In this document: piece after piece, positions 12,633 through 24,604 of the stretch
Position numbering within the stretch: the first letter of the stretch is position 1
Layout: each line of letters starts with the position of its first letter
NCBI GenBank assembly: GCA_973895155.1
Contig: OZ316896.1
Coordinates: forward strand, 1,178,001-1,242,000
DNA: 64,000 nucleotides
Source: Marsupella aquatica
Lineage: Eukaryota > Plantae > Marchantiophyta
Direction of reading: 5' to 3'
Made by a program: the position numbers and the translations under genes
The notes under the pieces: generated by a model
What the model was told of the DNA's origin: nothing
Database searches by the model: none
The model's input: only the letters and a program-made list of their open reading frames with translations

Positions 12633-13111
12633 TTCCCAACTCTTTCTCGATTCCCGCCCCTCGGTATATATCCCCATTCGGACTTAGGGCATCCGGGTCC
12701 TCGGTGTACCTTTCGGGAAAGGAGGCATTTGTACCTGACTTTTTTCAGGCTGCATTCATTTGTCTCAATATGTCGTCAGTTGGTGGCCCTTGGAGACATC
12801 CAGATTGTTTTGTTTCATGATTTTGGTGCAGTGCTTTGTTCGGCACCCTTAATTTGTACCTCCTTCAGACTATGTCCCATCCCCATGTTTATGTCCCGAC
12901 TCTTTTCTTTTGACATCACAGCTGTGATGGAGGCTTTGGTCACTGACTGACCTTATTGGCCCTTGGGCCTTTCACAAAGAGGACGGTTCTTTTGCTACTT
13001 GGCAGGCCTCTTTGCTCCCTTTTGGTGGAGGCATGGGTGTTTCCTCTAATGTGGCCTTCTAGTGGCCATTGCCCAGGACTCTGGATTGGGCTCTGGGTCC
13101 TAGGGCCTTCA

Positions 13112-13735
13112 GCAAAATTAATATGTTAGTAGGGAGGACTGCGAACAACTCAAGGGTATTTTTAATGCAATACAAACTAATTTTTATAATAGTTTTTAAA
13201 GTACATAGGACTTCAACATCCCTTTATATACACTCGACACAATGCTAGTAATAAGGCTCTTATAAAACACATGTCACATTAATCTTGTGCAAGGGGTACC
13301 CAAAATGCCAAATGTACAAATGTCACTATATGGTTGGCACATGTGTCATCACTTCATTGGCACACGTGACCATATAGTAAATGGGTCATTTAATTATTTG
13401 TTGTCCCAAGGCAAGTTTGGTTTTGTGGGCCCCCATAAGGTGGGACAAAATGAGTTTGGGGAGACATGTTTGGGAGTTGAGTAAATGTTTGGGAGACATG
13501 TTTGGGAGTTGAGTAAATGTTTGGGAGACATCTTTTGTATGATATTTGCAATTTAAAAATTCAAGGGTGCTTTCAATTCCTTGAAAAACTCTATTATAAT
13601 TTACAAAAGAATCAAAGTTAATAGGAAAAGTTAATATTTTTACATTAACAAGGGATTTTTTAATGTGAAAAACTATTAACAAGTGGTACAAGGCGGGGGT
13701 CTGTTCTCAGGGGGGTTCACTTACTATAGTAAGAG
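13112..13735. mobile_element. Unclassified AT-rich insertion in the non-LTR relic
   Basis: Abrupt composition shift between RT and RLE remnants. Contains an approximately 31-bp tandem repeat (gggagacatgtttgggagttgagtaaatgttt, about 13455-13531). Ends not resolved. Confidence 0.45.
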
Positions 13736-14369
13736 TGAGGGCCTAGGGCTCTGGGTGCCATTGATGCTGCTATGGAGCAATAGCATGTCCTTCCCCCCAT
13801 GAATGTCATTCCTGACCAGCGTTGGGCAGACCTGGTCATTTTCCGGACTGGAGTATGTTCCCCTCGTGATCTGGTGGTTGTTGATCATACGGGTGGGAGT
13901 ATGTTGCGATGGCAGCCCATGTACATGGATATGCTGCAGCCAAGGCAGCCCGGCGCAAGGAGGAGGCTTATGCCATTTGTTACCCAGGTGATATTTTCCA
14001 CCCTTTTGCCCTTGAGGCCTTTGGTGTTCTCCACTCTCGTTTTGACCACTTCCTTTGGGCTTGTACTGTTTTAGTATTGTATTAAGGCCAGGGAGGTCTT
14101 TTCCCTCTATTTCTGTCCTCATGGACTTCTTTTGACAGAGGGTGTCATTGGCACTTCAATTAAGGGCCCAGACTTCCACTATTAATTCTTTGTAGAGCCG
14201 AGGCAGTGGTTTTAGGCCATGGGACTCTAGACAGATTCCCGGCCCTCCGTGACCCTCCTGTGCAGTTTAATCCAGTGATTTATGAGGCTTTTCAGTTTAC
14301 CGCCCAGTAGGGTTTTTAGTTTGTGTTTTTGCTTCTTAGTGGATTTTAAGTGTTTGTGGGATACTCCTT

Positions 14370-14480
14370 TGTTTGTTGGGTCTCTTTGGTAGTCTTGGGG
14401 TCTTTCCCTTTCCCTCCCTTTACTGGGTTCATTTGTTGGGCCTCTTTGGTCTTCTTGGGGTCTTTCTTTTCCCTCCCTTT
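14370..14480. repeat. Approximately 60-bp tandem duplication
   Basis: tttgttgggYctctttggt..tcttggggtcttt..tttccctcccttt occurs twice. Confidence 0.7.
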
Positions 14481-17322
14481 GGCCGTGTGATATATACTCT
14501 TAGCTTTCACATTTGGAAACTTCGTGTGCAGGAGTGCATTACAAAGCACTGACTTTTTCTACAGCTTGCACATAATGTACCCGTTCCACCACTAAGTCAT
14601 GCACATAATGTACCCGTTCCACCTCACTAAGTCACGCGCAAAGTTGGTTGTAACTATAAATAAATCCATTCGATGAATTTAAGGGGGTTGCGTGCTGTCT
14701 ATGCTTCTCGAGCTAGTGCTTTATCAATCACTTCAATGGTCCCACTTATACATGAGCCACCCTCCAGATCGCAACGCCGCAGACGGCACTCTTCCTTGGC
14801 GACTCAAATATTCTTCATTCTATAGGCGAATCCATTGACGAGTGTCAAATTAAAGACTTGATTGTTTTCTGTGTTCAACTGTAGAACTTGAAATGATGAA
14901 ACAGCTCGAATTAAAGGGTCCCCTTCACTCAGATTTGTGGGTTGGTAGGCCGGACAGAATTCTCTTTTAGCTTTTCCCCCCCATTTTCCTTTCAACTCAC
15001 CTGTAATTGAAGGGACTAACAAGGTCATGTTGGGAGAGATCGGAGAGGAGTTAGACGACCCAAGACCCATGCTAAAAGGTACTCTTGTAATCTCTACGGC
15101 AAAATTAGAAGGCGGCCACAGCCAAAAATTAGTTTCCGGCTACCAACTTTCGTCTCGAATGCGAGAACCCTGTGCCAGATCAAAACCCGCGAGTTGAACA
15201 GGAGGGCCACAATTTGGCCTCAAGTGAATGCGCCGGCAATGAATCTATAAAATAATGCAAACAGTCTTGAAAGAGGGATTTGCACTTGCAGGTGTCAGTA
15301 GAGGAAATGGATTGAGATGATCTCTAGTACATTAGTTAGATGAAGTATCGATCTAACTGAAGCCCAGGTGCTTTGAAAAGCAAGCTCTGGTTGTCTTGCA
15401 AAATACAACGATGGCAGTAATTAAGTGTGTCCCTTGTTTCAAGGGACAACTTTGGCTGCAAATCGAGTTGAGGATTGAGATGATTCAAACTTGACTGTCT
15501 TCAAAGGAAAACTTCTGGAAAAGTCCGAAGGAACGTCGTGGCAGGCAGAATGGAAAGACAACGCATCGATCAGACTCCAGAGGACAAGGTGTCTCCTGGG
15601 AAGTCGGTCGGGTTTAGCAAAATCGCAACAGGTGGACAGAAATCGGATGTCTTTCTTGTCTTCGTCGACAGGTCCGGATAGGTTGATGGATGCTCGATCC
15701 GTCAGTGTCAATTTTGGGGGACGTGGATAAGTCTGGAAAGGTCGCTGCCACAGCACCGACCGAAATCTTTTGGAAGGACATGATCTGGTACTCGATTTAT
15801 ACTAGTTTTTTTTTGCACTTGTTGATTTTGTCTGGACAGTCAGCTAGCTCGATGGCCAGCTGACCACAAACCCACCACCAAGCCGAGACGTCAAGGCGCG
15901 TGCGAGAGGATTCTTTCGATGCCTCGAAAGGATAGACACGGAACTCCGAGGAAGGGGTAGCCTCCAAAGGCAGCTACTGCAGTATATACTGATCGAAACT
16001 CCGTCCGTAGCAAAGCATTACACCTAGTCACCCTAGCTGTCTGCACTCGGTGGCGTGCTCGCCTCAAAACATGAGGATTATAGCGGAACATACAATGTCG
16101 CTGTACTTGTCGTACCTGGAGTCTGATGTGTAGAGCACCAGGATCACAGGAGCAATTCAGGACTGAAGCACAAAAATTATCCTACTTTCATGATGACTTG
16201 GCGCTGCTGGAGTCCTGGAGGCTTGTCCCATGCGCTTATCCGAACTTCAGCAATGGATAACGAGCGAAGACCTTGTATAGTTTCGGCGGTTGGACACGTA
16301 ATCTCTGCAATTTGATATATCATCCGATGCGCAGGAGGCGGCAGATCTAGAATAAGCTTGGCTTACACGGGATGGTCGTGTACTTGATGAATTAAAACAA
16401 GACCAGTCCAAGGCCATGCTGACCTGTGGCCCAAGTTTTCGGATAAGGCCGTGATTGGAAATTCCAAAGAAATATAATTGTCGTCGCCTGGTGGTCACTA
16501 CCGTGCCGGGCCTCCTCGGGACTTCTAGCTTTGCTTGTCCGGCCCGTTGCTCGCAGCGAAACGTTTGGTTTTGCCTCTTCCTGACAGAAAGAGTCTCATT
16601 GATCTTCTAACTTGGAGTCTTCTGCCAGGTGAGCGTACAAAGCGCGTACAGCTCCACAAAACCGTCCGCTTTCTCATTTTGTATTCTATCCATCTGTTAC
16701 CACCTCAGCAGACGTTAGGGACTGGGTGTGCTTGCTCAGATACATATATTTGCAGGGCAACCCACTTAGTTTGAGGCGTACACAGTATTAATTTTGCACA
16801 AGGGCTTGAAACGGGAGAGAGTGGTAATCAAGGAGTGCTGAGCGCAGAGAAGTTGAGGATAAGAGAGGAGTGAAAGATCGGAAGCTAAAACTTCTCCCCG
16901 TGGAAGTTTCTAGAGATCCCTGTCAGACTACAAATTACGTGACGGTTCCAGGGGAGAATTCACTTGACGATTGGATTCTAATTCCAATACTTAGTCGGCG
17001 GAGTACGTGAGTGCGGTTGGCAATTGCACTACAGAAAACGAAAAATTCTGTAGAATCACGTGAAGGTGGAGAGGGGACCCGGAGTACACATCATTCAAAG
17101 TTACAAGGAGGGATTTGCAGTGGTCTTGACTTGAGCACGAGAGGAAAGCATTGCCAATCATACTCGTCGTTAGAAGTAAAACTTTGAGTGTCTTTAGCTC
17201 ACTGGCAGTTCCATTACCTCCTCCCATCAACTGCCAAGTGTTTCGAAGCCCACTGACGGTTCGGAGGCGTCTTCATTGCACGCCTTAATTGCAAACAGTG
17301 TAGTAAATTTTGCTAATTTTCA

Positions 17323-18131
17323 ATGGCACAGTACGTGACGAGCGGTGCCTGTGGACAGATGATGAAATGTGGAAGTCCTTCGCGTTCTCCTGGACGCTCT
17401 ATAGGTTCTCCGGCACGTTCTTTTGGATCTCCGGTGTCCTCGTGTGGTTCTCCGCGACGCTCATTTGGTTCTCCCGGACACTCTTTTGGTTCGCCTGGAC
17501 GCTCGTTTGGAAATTGTGCTGACATCTTCCGGACAGACAGTACATACCGCTCGGGCAAAATCCATAGCGGTAAACGCGCAACCAGAGTGAGAGCGGCAGC
17601 TCTGATGACAGATCACTTTGCAACACTTGGCATCCGCCACAATGCTTCAAAGACGGAGATCAAGAGTGCGTATAAGAAATTAGCTAAGCAGTTCCACCCC
17701 GATGTTTGCCGAGGAGATCAGTGCCAAAGCAAATTCATTCAGATCAAGAACGCGTATGAGGTAACTCACTTTTCTATACAGTACCTAGCCTTCCTAGCTA
17801 GAGTCTACTTTCTTTTCGTTTCTGTGGCGTTCATTGTTTTTTGAATATTCTAACTGCTGTAAGTGAGATTCAAGGAAACGTAGTCAAATTAAAGAACGTT
17901 TGCTTAAAGTATGATTCTTTAGGCAAATTCTAATATCATGTTCTAACCTCTTTGTCTGCTTGATTACAGAGTGCTCTCAACTGCGTTACTGGATCACATT
18001 ACTCATCAGGCAACTGCGATGCTGAGAACTATGCCGAGGATTGTAGAGAAGAATTGGAAGACTGGGAAGAATTCATGGGTTTTGAAGGCGCTGCGAGTAT
18101 ATACTACTCAGTCGACTTCCCTTGCTCATAG
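17323..18131 (+). CDS. ATJ8: Chloroplast DnaJ (J-domain) protein, DnaJ8-like; exons 17323-17760 and 17970-18131
   Basis: S/R/G-rich transit-peptide-like N-terminus. J-domain with HPD (DHFATLGI...EIKSAYKKLAKQFHPDVC...KFIQIKNAYE). Phase-0 GT..AG intron at 17761-17969. Exon 2 gives ...EDWEEFMGFEGAASIYYS..., like the WEEWMGWEGA C-terminal motif of plant J8 proteins. The symbol names the likely Arabidopsis homolog. Confidence 0.85.
17384..17512 (+). repeat. 21-bp coding minisatellite (SPGRSFG-like heptads) in DnaJ exon 1
   Basis: About 6 units of ggttctccNggacgctcNttt, translating as SPGRSIG SPARSFG SPVSSCG SPRRSFG SPGHSFG SPGRSFG. Confidence 0.85.
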
Positions 18132-19511
18132 CTGTCACGTTCTCGGTTGACTGAGACGAGGCGGAGGAGGATCTAGACATATTACTGAAGCTGGCAAGAT
18201 CGTCAGAGCCAAAGAAATTTTGGAGGCAAGGTTACTTTGAAGAGGCGAAAATTCATTGCTCTATCTACGGATCAATATTAGCAGAGGTGGCTGCAGAGTA
18301 TCTGTGCTCATGCCCAATTAACATCACATACGATTCGCTTCCAGGTCGCTGAAGACTTCTGTTTAGTCACTTCGATTATTTCGACTTGGAGCGTCTTCTA
18401 AGCACTCACGGCGTCCTGTTCAAGACCCCGAGGAGGAAAGCTCGCGTACAACTCACAGGAAGTCACGCTTGAAGAGTTTGAAGAGGAGGAAAGCTTGTAA
18501 CCCTCTTTGACACTCTTTGACGTACAGGTTCTTCATCCACTAGTTGATCAACAAGAAATATTCCCTGAATTGACATGATGCGGAACAAGTTGATACGAGC
18601 AGAAACGAGTATTGCTGTCTAATTAGTATCAGCAGTCCAATCTGCTACTAGAGGCGTTTTCCTGATAATTTAGAATTAACTGCGGCCGCACTGTAAATTT
18701 GCCACTCTCGACACCGCTCTCCATGTATATGATTCCACCCCTTTCATCGCTCCCCATCAATTTTTGCCTTACCTTCTTTGTCCCACACGCTGCATGCTAT
18801 ATACAGCAGACTTTGGGAGACTGCCCAGTTCTGACTCAAGTTCCACGTTCGTGGCTTGATCATGATAGGAACGGATATGTTCGGTAGTTGAAGTCGAGTA
18901 CAGGCATATTTTATTATATCATTAGCATAGATAGAGCTGGCAACAATCTGAACGAGGAAACCGACCTGATCGGAGAATGATAAATTTATTTGAGTTCTGT
19001 GATTTCATGGAAATCTTTACCAAACTGTAGAACCTTAGGAAGGGATTTCCCTGATTTGTCAGAAGTTTTGAATCTTTGTATAAAGAAAATATTTTCCCTA
19101 CTGGCTAGCTTTGAACCGAAATGATCGGATCTGGTATGTAGGAGTCGTAGATTACAACGATCTAGTGGACTTAGGCTAGGGTAACCTGGCTAGGGTAACC
19201 TTGTAGATACAAGGACCTGCAGTCTCGTTCACTTGAGACCAATATTGGAAAATAATATGGCATAACTGCCGTCTTTGAACTCCAGTGGTGCCATGATGTA
19301 TCTTATTCTTCTGTTTGAGGAAACGAATACCCTCCCGTTTTTCAGTTCCAATTGACCCACACGTTTATGGAGTCTTTCATCGACATTTTTGCACCTCCAT
19401 TTTTCTGTACTCTGCAGTCTGTACCTCGAAACAAAACACAGCGTGCTGAAGATAATTATGGAAAAGCGCTCATTGTTGAGAGATCGTACGGCTAAAGCTC
19501 CACCTGTACTA

Positions 19512-20094
19512 CCTTGATCTGTGGAGAGTGTTTCAAATTTATTGGCTGTTTTTCGTATCATGGCTGGGTTTTGGGTGATGAACTTCTGTTTCTTCTTCAA
19601 ACTGATGATTCACGATCACTAAATCATATGGCCCATTAAAATGGATAAAATTTAGGTGTCGCTTTCAAATCCGTTCTATGAAGATGTAAGTCAACTTCTA
19701 AGGAATATGCGTCACCTATTGGAGGATCATTTTGGTCAATATGTACCAGTAACCTCGGTTTATCTGTACTCTGCAATGGCTCGAATCAAACCCAGGATCT
19801 GTGGACAGATATGGAGATGCGCTCGTTGTTGTGAGATACTGTTAAAAGCTCCTATTTAACCATGATCTGTGGAGAGTGGTCCATGGGATGTGCACATCTT
19901 AATTGCTAGGAACCTTAAAGTTTAATAGCTGTTGATGTCCGGGCTCCTATCCTGGCTGGGGTCTTGGATGATGAGTTTCTTTTTCCTTCCTCAAAATGCC
20001 CATTCACGACGGTGAAATCATATGGCCCTCTGAAATGGATAAACTTTAGGTTGGCTTTCAAAATTCGTTCTAGGAAGATGTAGGTCACCTTCTA
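19512..20094. repeat. Diverged tandem duplication (about 19512-19700 and about 19860-20094)
   Basis: Shared blocks gatctgtggagagtg...tggctggg...attcacga...aaatcatatggccc...aaatggataaa.tttagg...gctttcaaa..cgttcta.gaagatgta.gtca.cttcta. Confidence 0.75.
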
Positions 20095-20220
20095 TCGAAT
20101 GTTGTGACCGGTTGGATTTCATTTATTCTAGTTTTGGCCCGCAGGCAGGAGGTAGGTGTCCATGGAGAGCAGAAGAGGTCTAACCGGTTGGAACTTGAAG
20201 AAGAATTGATCTCACGACAT

Positions 20221-20940
20221 TTACCCAGTTCTGGGACCTTTGCTCTCAGGGGCTGCCCTTCTCGAGAGAGGATAGCTTGGGTGAACATAGCTAGGCTCCC
20301 TATCTGTATGAGTTCCGTAAGGATATCGTACATCATGGTACTCTGACACGCGAGTGCAATTAAACTCTCCAACATATGTATGTGCGTCCTTCTCCTTCCC
20401 AACGGGGAAAGTACGCACATAATTGGGGAACTTGGGCACATACGATCTTCGAGCAAAGCGTTTTTGCAAAGCCCAGCCGGTGGCAGAGTTGTAAGACGTA
20501 CCCAACGTATATGACGTTGGGTCATGCACATCTCGCTCATATACCCTTATATTGGGATACACCTCTGGATTAGGCCTGCTTTCGAACTCTTTGACCAGAG
20601 GCAGTGAATCGGAATCCCCAAAGATGAGGTTATAGGATGGCTCCCATGATGCCTGCCTCACCTCATAATCCTTCCACTTCACGAGGTAATATGTGACTGT
20701 CAGTCTAGGGTCTTGTGGATCCTTTACAAATTGTTTGCTCAGGATTTGTTCCACTTCTATGAGCCTGGGCTCCACATGATCTGGTGGAGGCGGAGGTGTG
20801 AGGCAGTCCACACATTCCCAAGAATGATGGAGGTGAGGATCTGGGACATCTGGTACGATTAGGTGCTGTGTTCTCTCCCTGTGTGCCTTGGCAGTGTCGG
20901 ACTCCCCGTAACACTTCTCCCTCTCTACCCTTGATAGCAT
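20221..20940 (-). CDS. Intronless chromodomain-containing protein (239 aa) with unknown C-terminal domain
   Basis: PPPP...EVEQILSK...YYLVKWKDYEVRQASWEPSYNL is a chromodomain signature. The ORF is uninterrupted. Expression is unknown. Confidence 0.65.
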   Translation of the reverse strand: MLSRVEREKCYGESDTAKAHRERTQHLIVPDVPDPHLHHSWECVDCLTPPPPPDHVEPRLIEVEQILSKQFVKDPQDPRLTVTYYLVKWKDYEVRQASWEPSYNLIFGDSDSLPLVKEFESRPNPEVYPNIRVYERDVHDPTSYTLGTSYNSATGWALQKRFARRSYVPKFPNYVRTFPVGKEKDAHTYVGEFNCTRVSEYHDVRYPYGTHTDREPSYVHPSYPLSRRAAPESKGPRTG

Positions 20941-23900
20941 TTTCGGTCGCTCTTTGATTCCGTCGCCCTATATTTATGTCACGCAAAAATTCTGATTACA
21001 TCCAAGTTCTGATGCACCTAAGAAGAATCTAAAGTTGCGGTGATTGTTCTTGAAAAGTTGAAATGATTTGCTCTGGTTAAAGTGAAACCAAATTGTTCAA
21101 AAGCTTATTTTCCTACTACAAACGGTATGACACCACTATCGTAGATGATTTTAGCGTGAACCCTCGACATTTCTTTGAATCGCAAAATTAATCAATTTGA
21201 TCGATCGGTGCCATCTCAGATTTATATTGGACAGTAGTTGTTGCAATCTTCGACGTGGTTTAAGAGGAAAGTAATTCGATTCAGAAAATCAATACAGAAT
21301 CAATTCTGGATCGAAAATCAATAGACAATCAAATAGTCAAACAATGACATGAAATCGTAGCAAAAAAATACCACCCGCGTTAAATCGAGGATATATGCTA
21401 TGTAGCCTTTCCAGAATTCGCAAAATCCACTGCTGCTTTCGTACAGAAATCTTTTCAGAGTTTATGGCTCTACCTTGACCAGTCTTGACAGTATTCTCTT
21501 TCCTTCACAGTTCTCTCTTTAATTCTCTATCAAGAGAGTTGGGTGACGATCACCTTGGAACGTCTTCCTTGCAGTAGCTAGCTGTCAGATATTCTCATCA
21601 TATTAATGTTACCATCATCCTGAATGTACGTGGTTCGACTTTCTGTACATCATACAGTTGTCCCCGTACGAAGGAATCTTACCCCACATTTTGTAAAGTT
21701 GAGAAGGATCTTAGGTTTAAATTGATTATGGAAGAACCTCTTGGTATAATGTGTTCTTAACGTGTCTCTCCGTTGATTCGTGTCTTTTCGTCCACCACCA
21801 ATCCAGTTGTTAGGCCTCTTAAAGAGAGTCGTCTCAAAGAATTTCTCTCTAAAGGGACTCGAGAGTATCCAGGACCAAATTGTCACCGATATGTAGTCTG
21901 CTTGGTTCAAAAATTATGATTGGTTTATTGCTGGGCTGTCTCTAGCCTTTAAAGTCTTCTGTTTCCGATGGATCATCAAACATCTCTAGGTTGTGATCAC
22001 AGAGGAGAACAGGTGGACGCAGGTGGAAACGCGCATTCGCAAAGGGTCAAGGGCCTTCAATTGACGAACAAAAAGGGGCTTTAGCGCATACATGATGCAT
22101 CCAGCGAAGCCGGATACCTTGGCCTGAGAAGGCAAAAGGGTGAATGTCAACCTCGCTGCCAATGCCAGTGGCCGCCTTGCGAAGTCCTCACGATAACTCG
22201 TGAGTGCATTCTGTTCTTTCTGCAATCACCCTTGCGGCTCTGCCAAAGCCACTGAGTTTCCCGGACAAGTGTGCTTGTAGGTGTGTTTGATTGAGGATAG
22301 CCGGGAGACAGGGGAACTGGGGCGTCGGAGAGCACTTCGGGTATTAATCTTTCTGTTGGTACGGTGCTGGAGGCTGTTGTCAAACTCTGTGGAGCGTGGG
22401 AGAACAGCTGCAGTGAGAGGGTCTGGAGCAGTAGAGATCCATTATTCTCTTTGCTGCGAGAAGGCTAAAGCAGGACTTCCCTGATAAACAGCCATTTAAA
22501 TGCAACGATTTTTAGTAAACCCTCACCAGAAATCCAATTTTGGAATGCGCCTTGCTGTACTTGCGATGGCGTCCATCTTGTTGACCAACCTTTCTTAGCG
22601 ACGAGACTGTTCTACTATGGGGGTTTGACACACAGATCTGAGAAGCCTACATATTGAACAATCGACTTGATGGATGACAGAATTCAGCTAATTTTGCTCA
22701 AGACCTCGTATGTCAGACACCCTGCCAAACCTGTTCACCAAATCTCTACAATCGGTGCTCAATTGACTCTTTTCAGCGCTACGCAAATCAATATTGACTT
22801 TAATGCCATCATCCGAAGGCTCAGGCGATCGTGTTAAACAAGGCTGACGAAGCATTTTGCGTCGTCCCCTGTCAATTCTATATTCGTCCCCTGTCAATTC
22901 TTCTGGCAGTGCATTTGAACTGATGAAACAAACGTAGGGTTTTCGAATTCCTGACAGGTCATGCTTCCAATCGATCTTGTTTTCTTACGATTCACTGAAG
23001 CAGTGGTTCCAAAGAAGTGCGATCAAGGTCAAAGATAGTCGCCTTACTAAACCTTACCCGATTTCCTGCAAATCAAACGATGCTGGAAAGTTCAGCCCCG
23101 GCCAGCAGCTGTCGAACTTCGTAGCCGAGTCTCCCTAATTACGACAGAAATTTCGTTACAGCGTGATACAGAATTATCGCGGAGTTATTAACAGGAGAAG
23201 ATTACTTTCACATTGTAGTCCCCAATACGCTTGAATTCATCATGTCAGTTGTTCTGCGATCCCTCTCACGCCAGCGGAAAATGGTTACGAGAACATAACA
23301 CATTCGGCATTGGTGCACGATATCCGGTGTTGCCCGACAACTACAGCTCTATTGCTGTCACGAAGTGGGTCCAGCTATACTGGTACACTGTCTAGTCCAA
23401 TTGTAGCCCCGCACAAAAGCCCACCTTTCCCTACTTTCCGCACCATTATTGCAGCTTCAATTATAGAGTCGATTCTGCAGGTTTATGACAGCATCTGCCA
23501 AAAAGGAAAAATGCATAAAGTATGTAGTCTTATGCAAGCGCGCCGACATCAGCCAATGATCTACTGCGCAGGCAGAACGCCCGTAACAGTCCCATTCCCT
23601 TCTGGGTGCCCCGCAGTGTGCTGTTTCAAAGAATGAATTTTATTGAAATCTGTTCAGGCATAAAGACAGTCCCATCACACTGCTCGTTTGGGAGACGATA
23701 GGCTACCCTCTTGTAAAACCAGCAGACACGTACCCCTGACCTGGACCTTCTAGCAATTGGTTGGAAAACATCCACATATCTCATTGGCCTCGATCGATCG
23801 TGCGTCGCTCGATGTCAGCATTCACCCCTAAACTATTCACCTGACACTCAAAGAGCCGACTACTGGAACACACGCGAGCCCCGAACCTGCAGTGGTATGA

Positions 23901-24349
23901 AAAAGCGATTAACCCGGGCACGATGTACGTAATCTAGGACAAAGCCGAGGCCAGTTCACCGAACCTCAAAGCGTGGGCCGCATTTCGTTCTCCACTGCCA
24001 TTTCGTTCTCTCCTGTACGACTGGTCACTGGTGTCTCGAAAGGCCAAGTCAGGTAGCTCAGTTTACAAGAAAATTTGTCAGCTCTTCGCACGCTGAACTG
24101 CTCCTCTGCCCCATGTGGTCATGTGGAGAGTAACGTATGGGTAAGGGTGGGTGTGGGACTGTGGGGGTAAGACAGTGCCTATAATCAGTGGGTGAGTCAT
24201 GCGATTGAGGGAGATTCCCCGTTCTGGATTCAATCCACCTACCCTATGCTGGTCCTTTGCTAGCATGTAAGTCAGCTTAGAAGGGGAGGGTAATCTGTAA
24301 TATGCATTCTCTGCAAGAACAAAGGATTCCAGAGTAACATACAATCATA

Positions 24350-24604
24350 AGCTTGCACGAATTTCCTGCCTGAATTGCGATGATTCAAGAAGCGCATTCC
24401 TCTAGGCTTTCCTATAGATTGAACCCATCAGTAAATTGCGAAGATTCAAAATGGATTTTAAACTCCAAGGTTTCATGTAGATGAAACACAACAGAGCCTC
24501 AGTCTCTTCATTTTGTCAACCCACAAGGCTCGAACGGGTTTTCCCAGCTGAATTGCGATGATCCAAGAAGCGCTTTCCTCTAGCTAGGCTTTCCTTTAGA
24601 TTGA
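24350..24604. repeat. Dispersed approximately 55-bp direct repeat
   Basis: ctgaattgcgatgatYcaagaagcgcWttcctctag...gctttcctWtagattga at about 24370 and about 24548. Confidence 0.7.

Larger units (their letters stand above)
11640..14250 (+). mobile_element. Decayed non-LTR retrotransposon with RT and restriction-like endonuclease (CRE/R2-type architecture), interrupted by insertions
   Basis: Fragmented motifs in order: RQGDPIGGALFAMG (about 11932), SIADDTHLV (about 12032), GIRVLGVPFG (about 12690), QASL....GGMG (about 13000), RWADLVI...DLVVVDH (about 13820-13890), AAAKAARRKEEAYAICYPGDIFHPFALEAFG (about 13933-14025). Boundaries are approximate and it may extend upstream. Confidence 0.75.
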
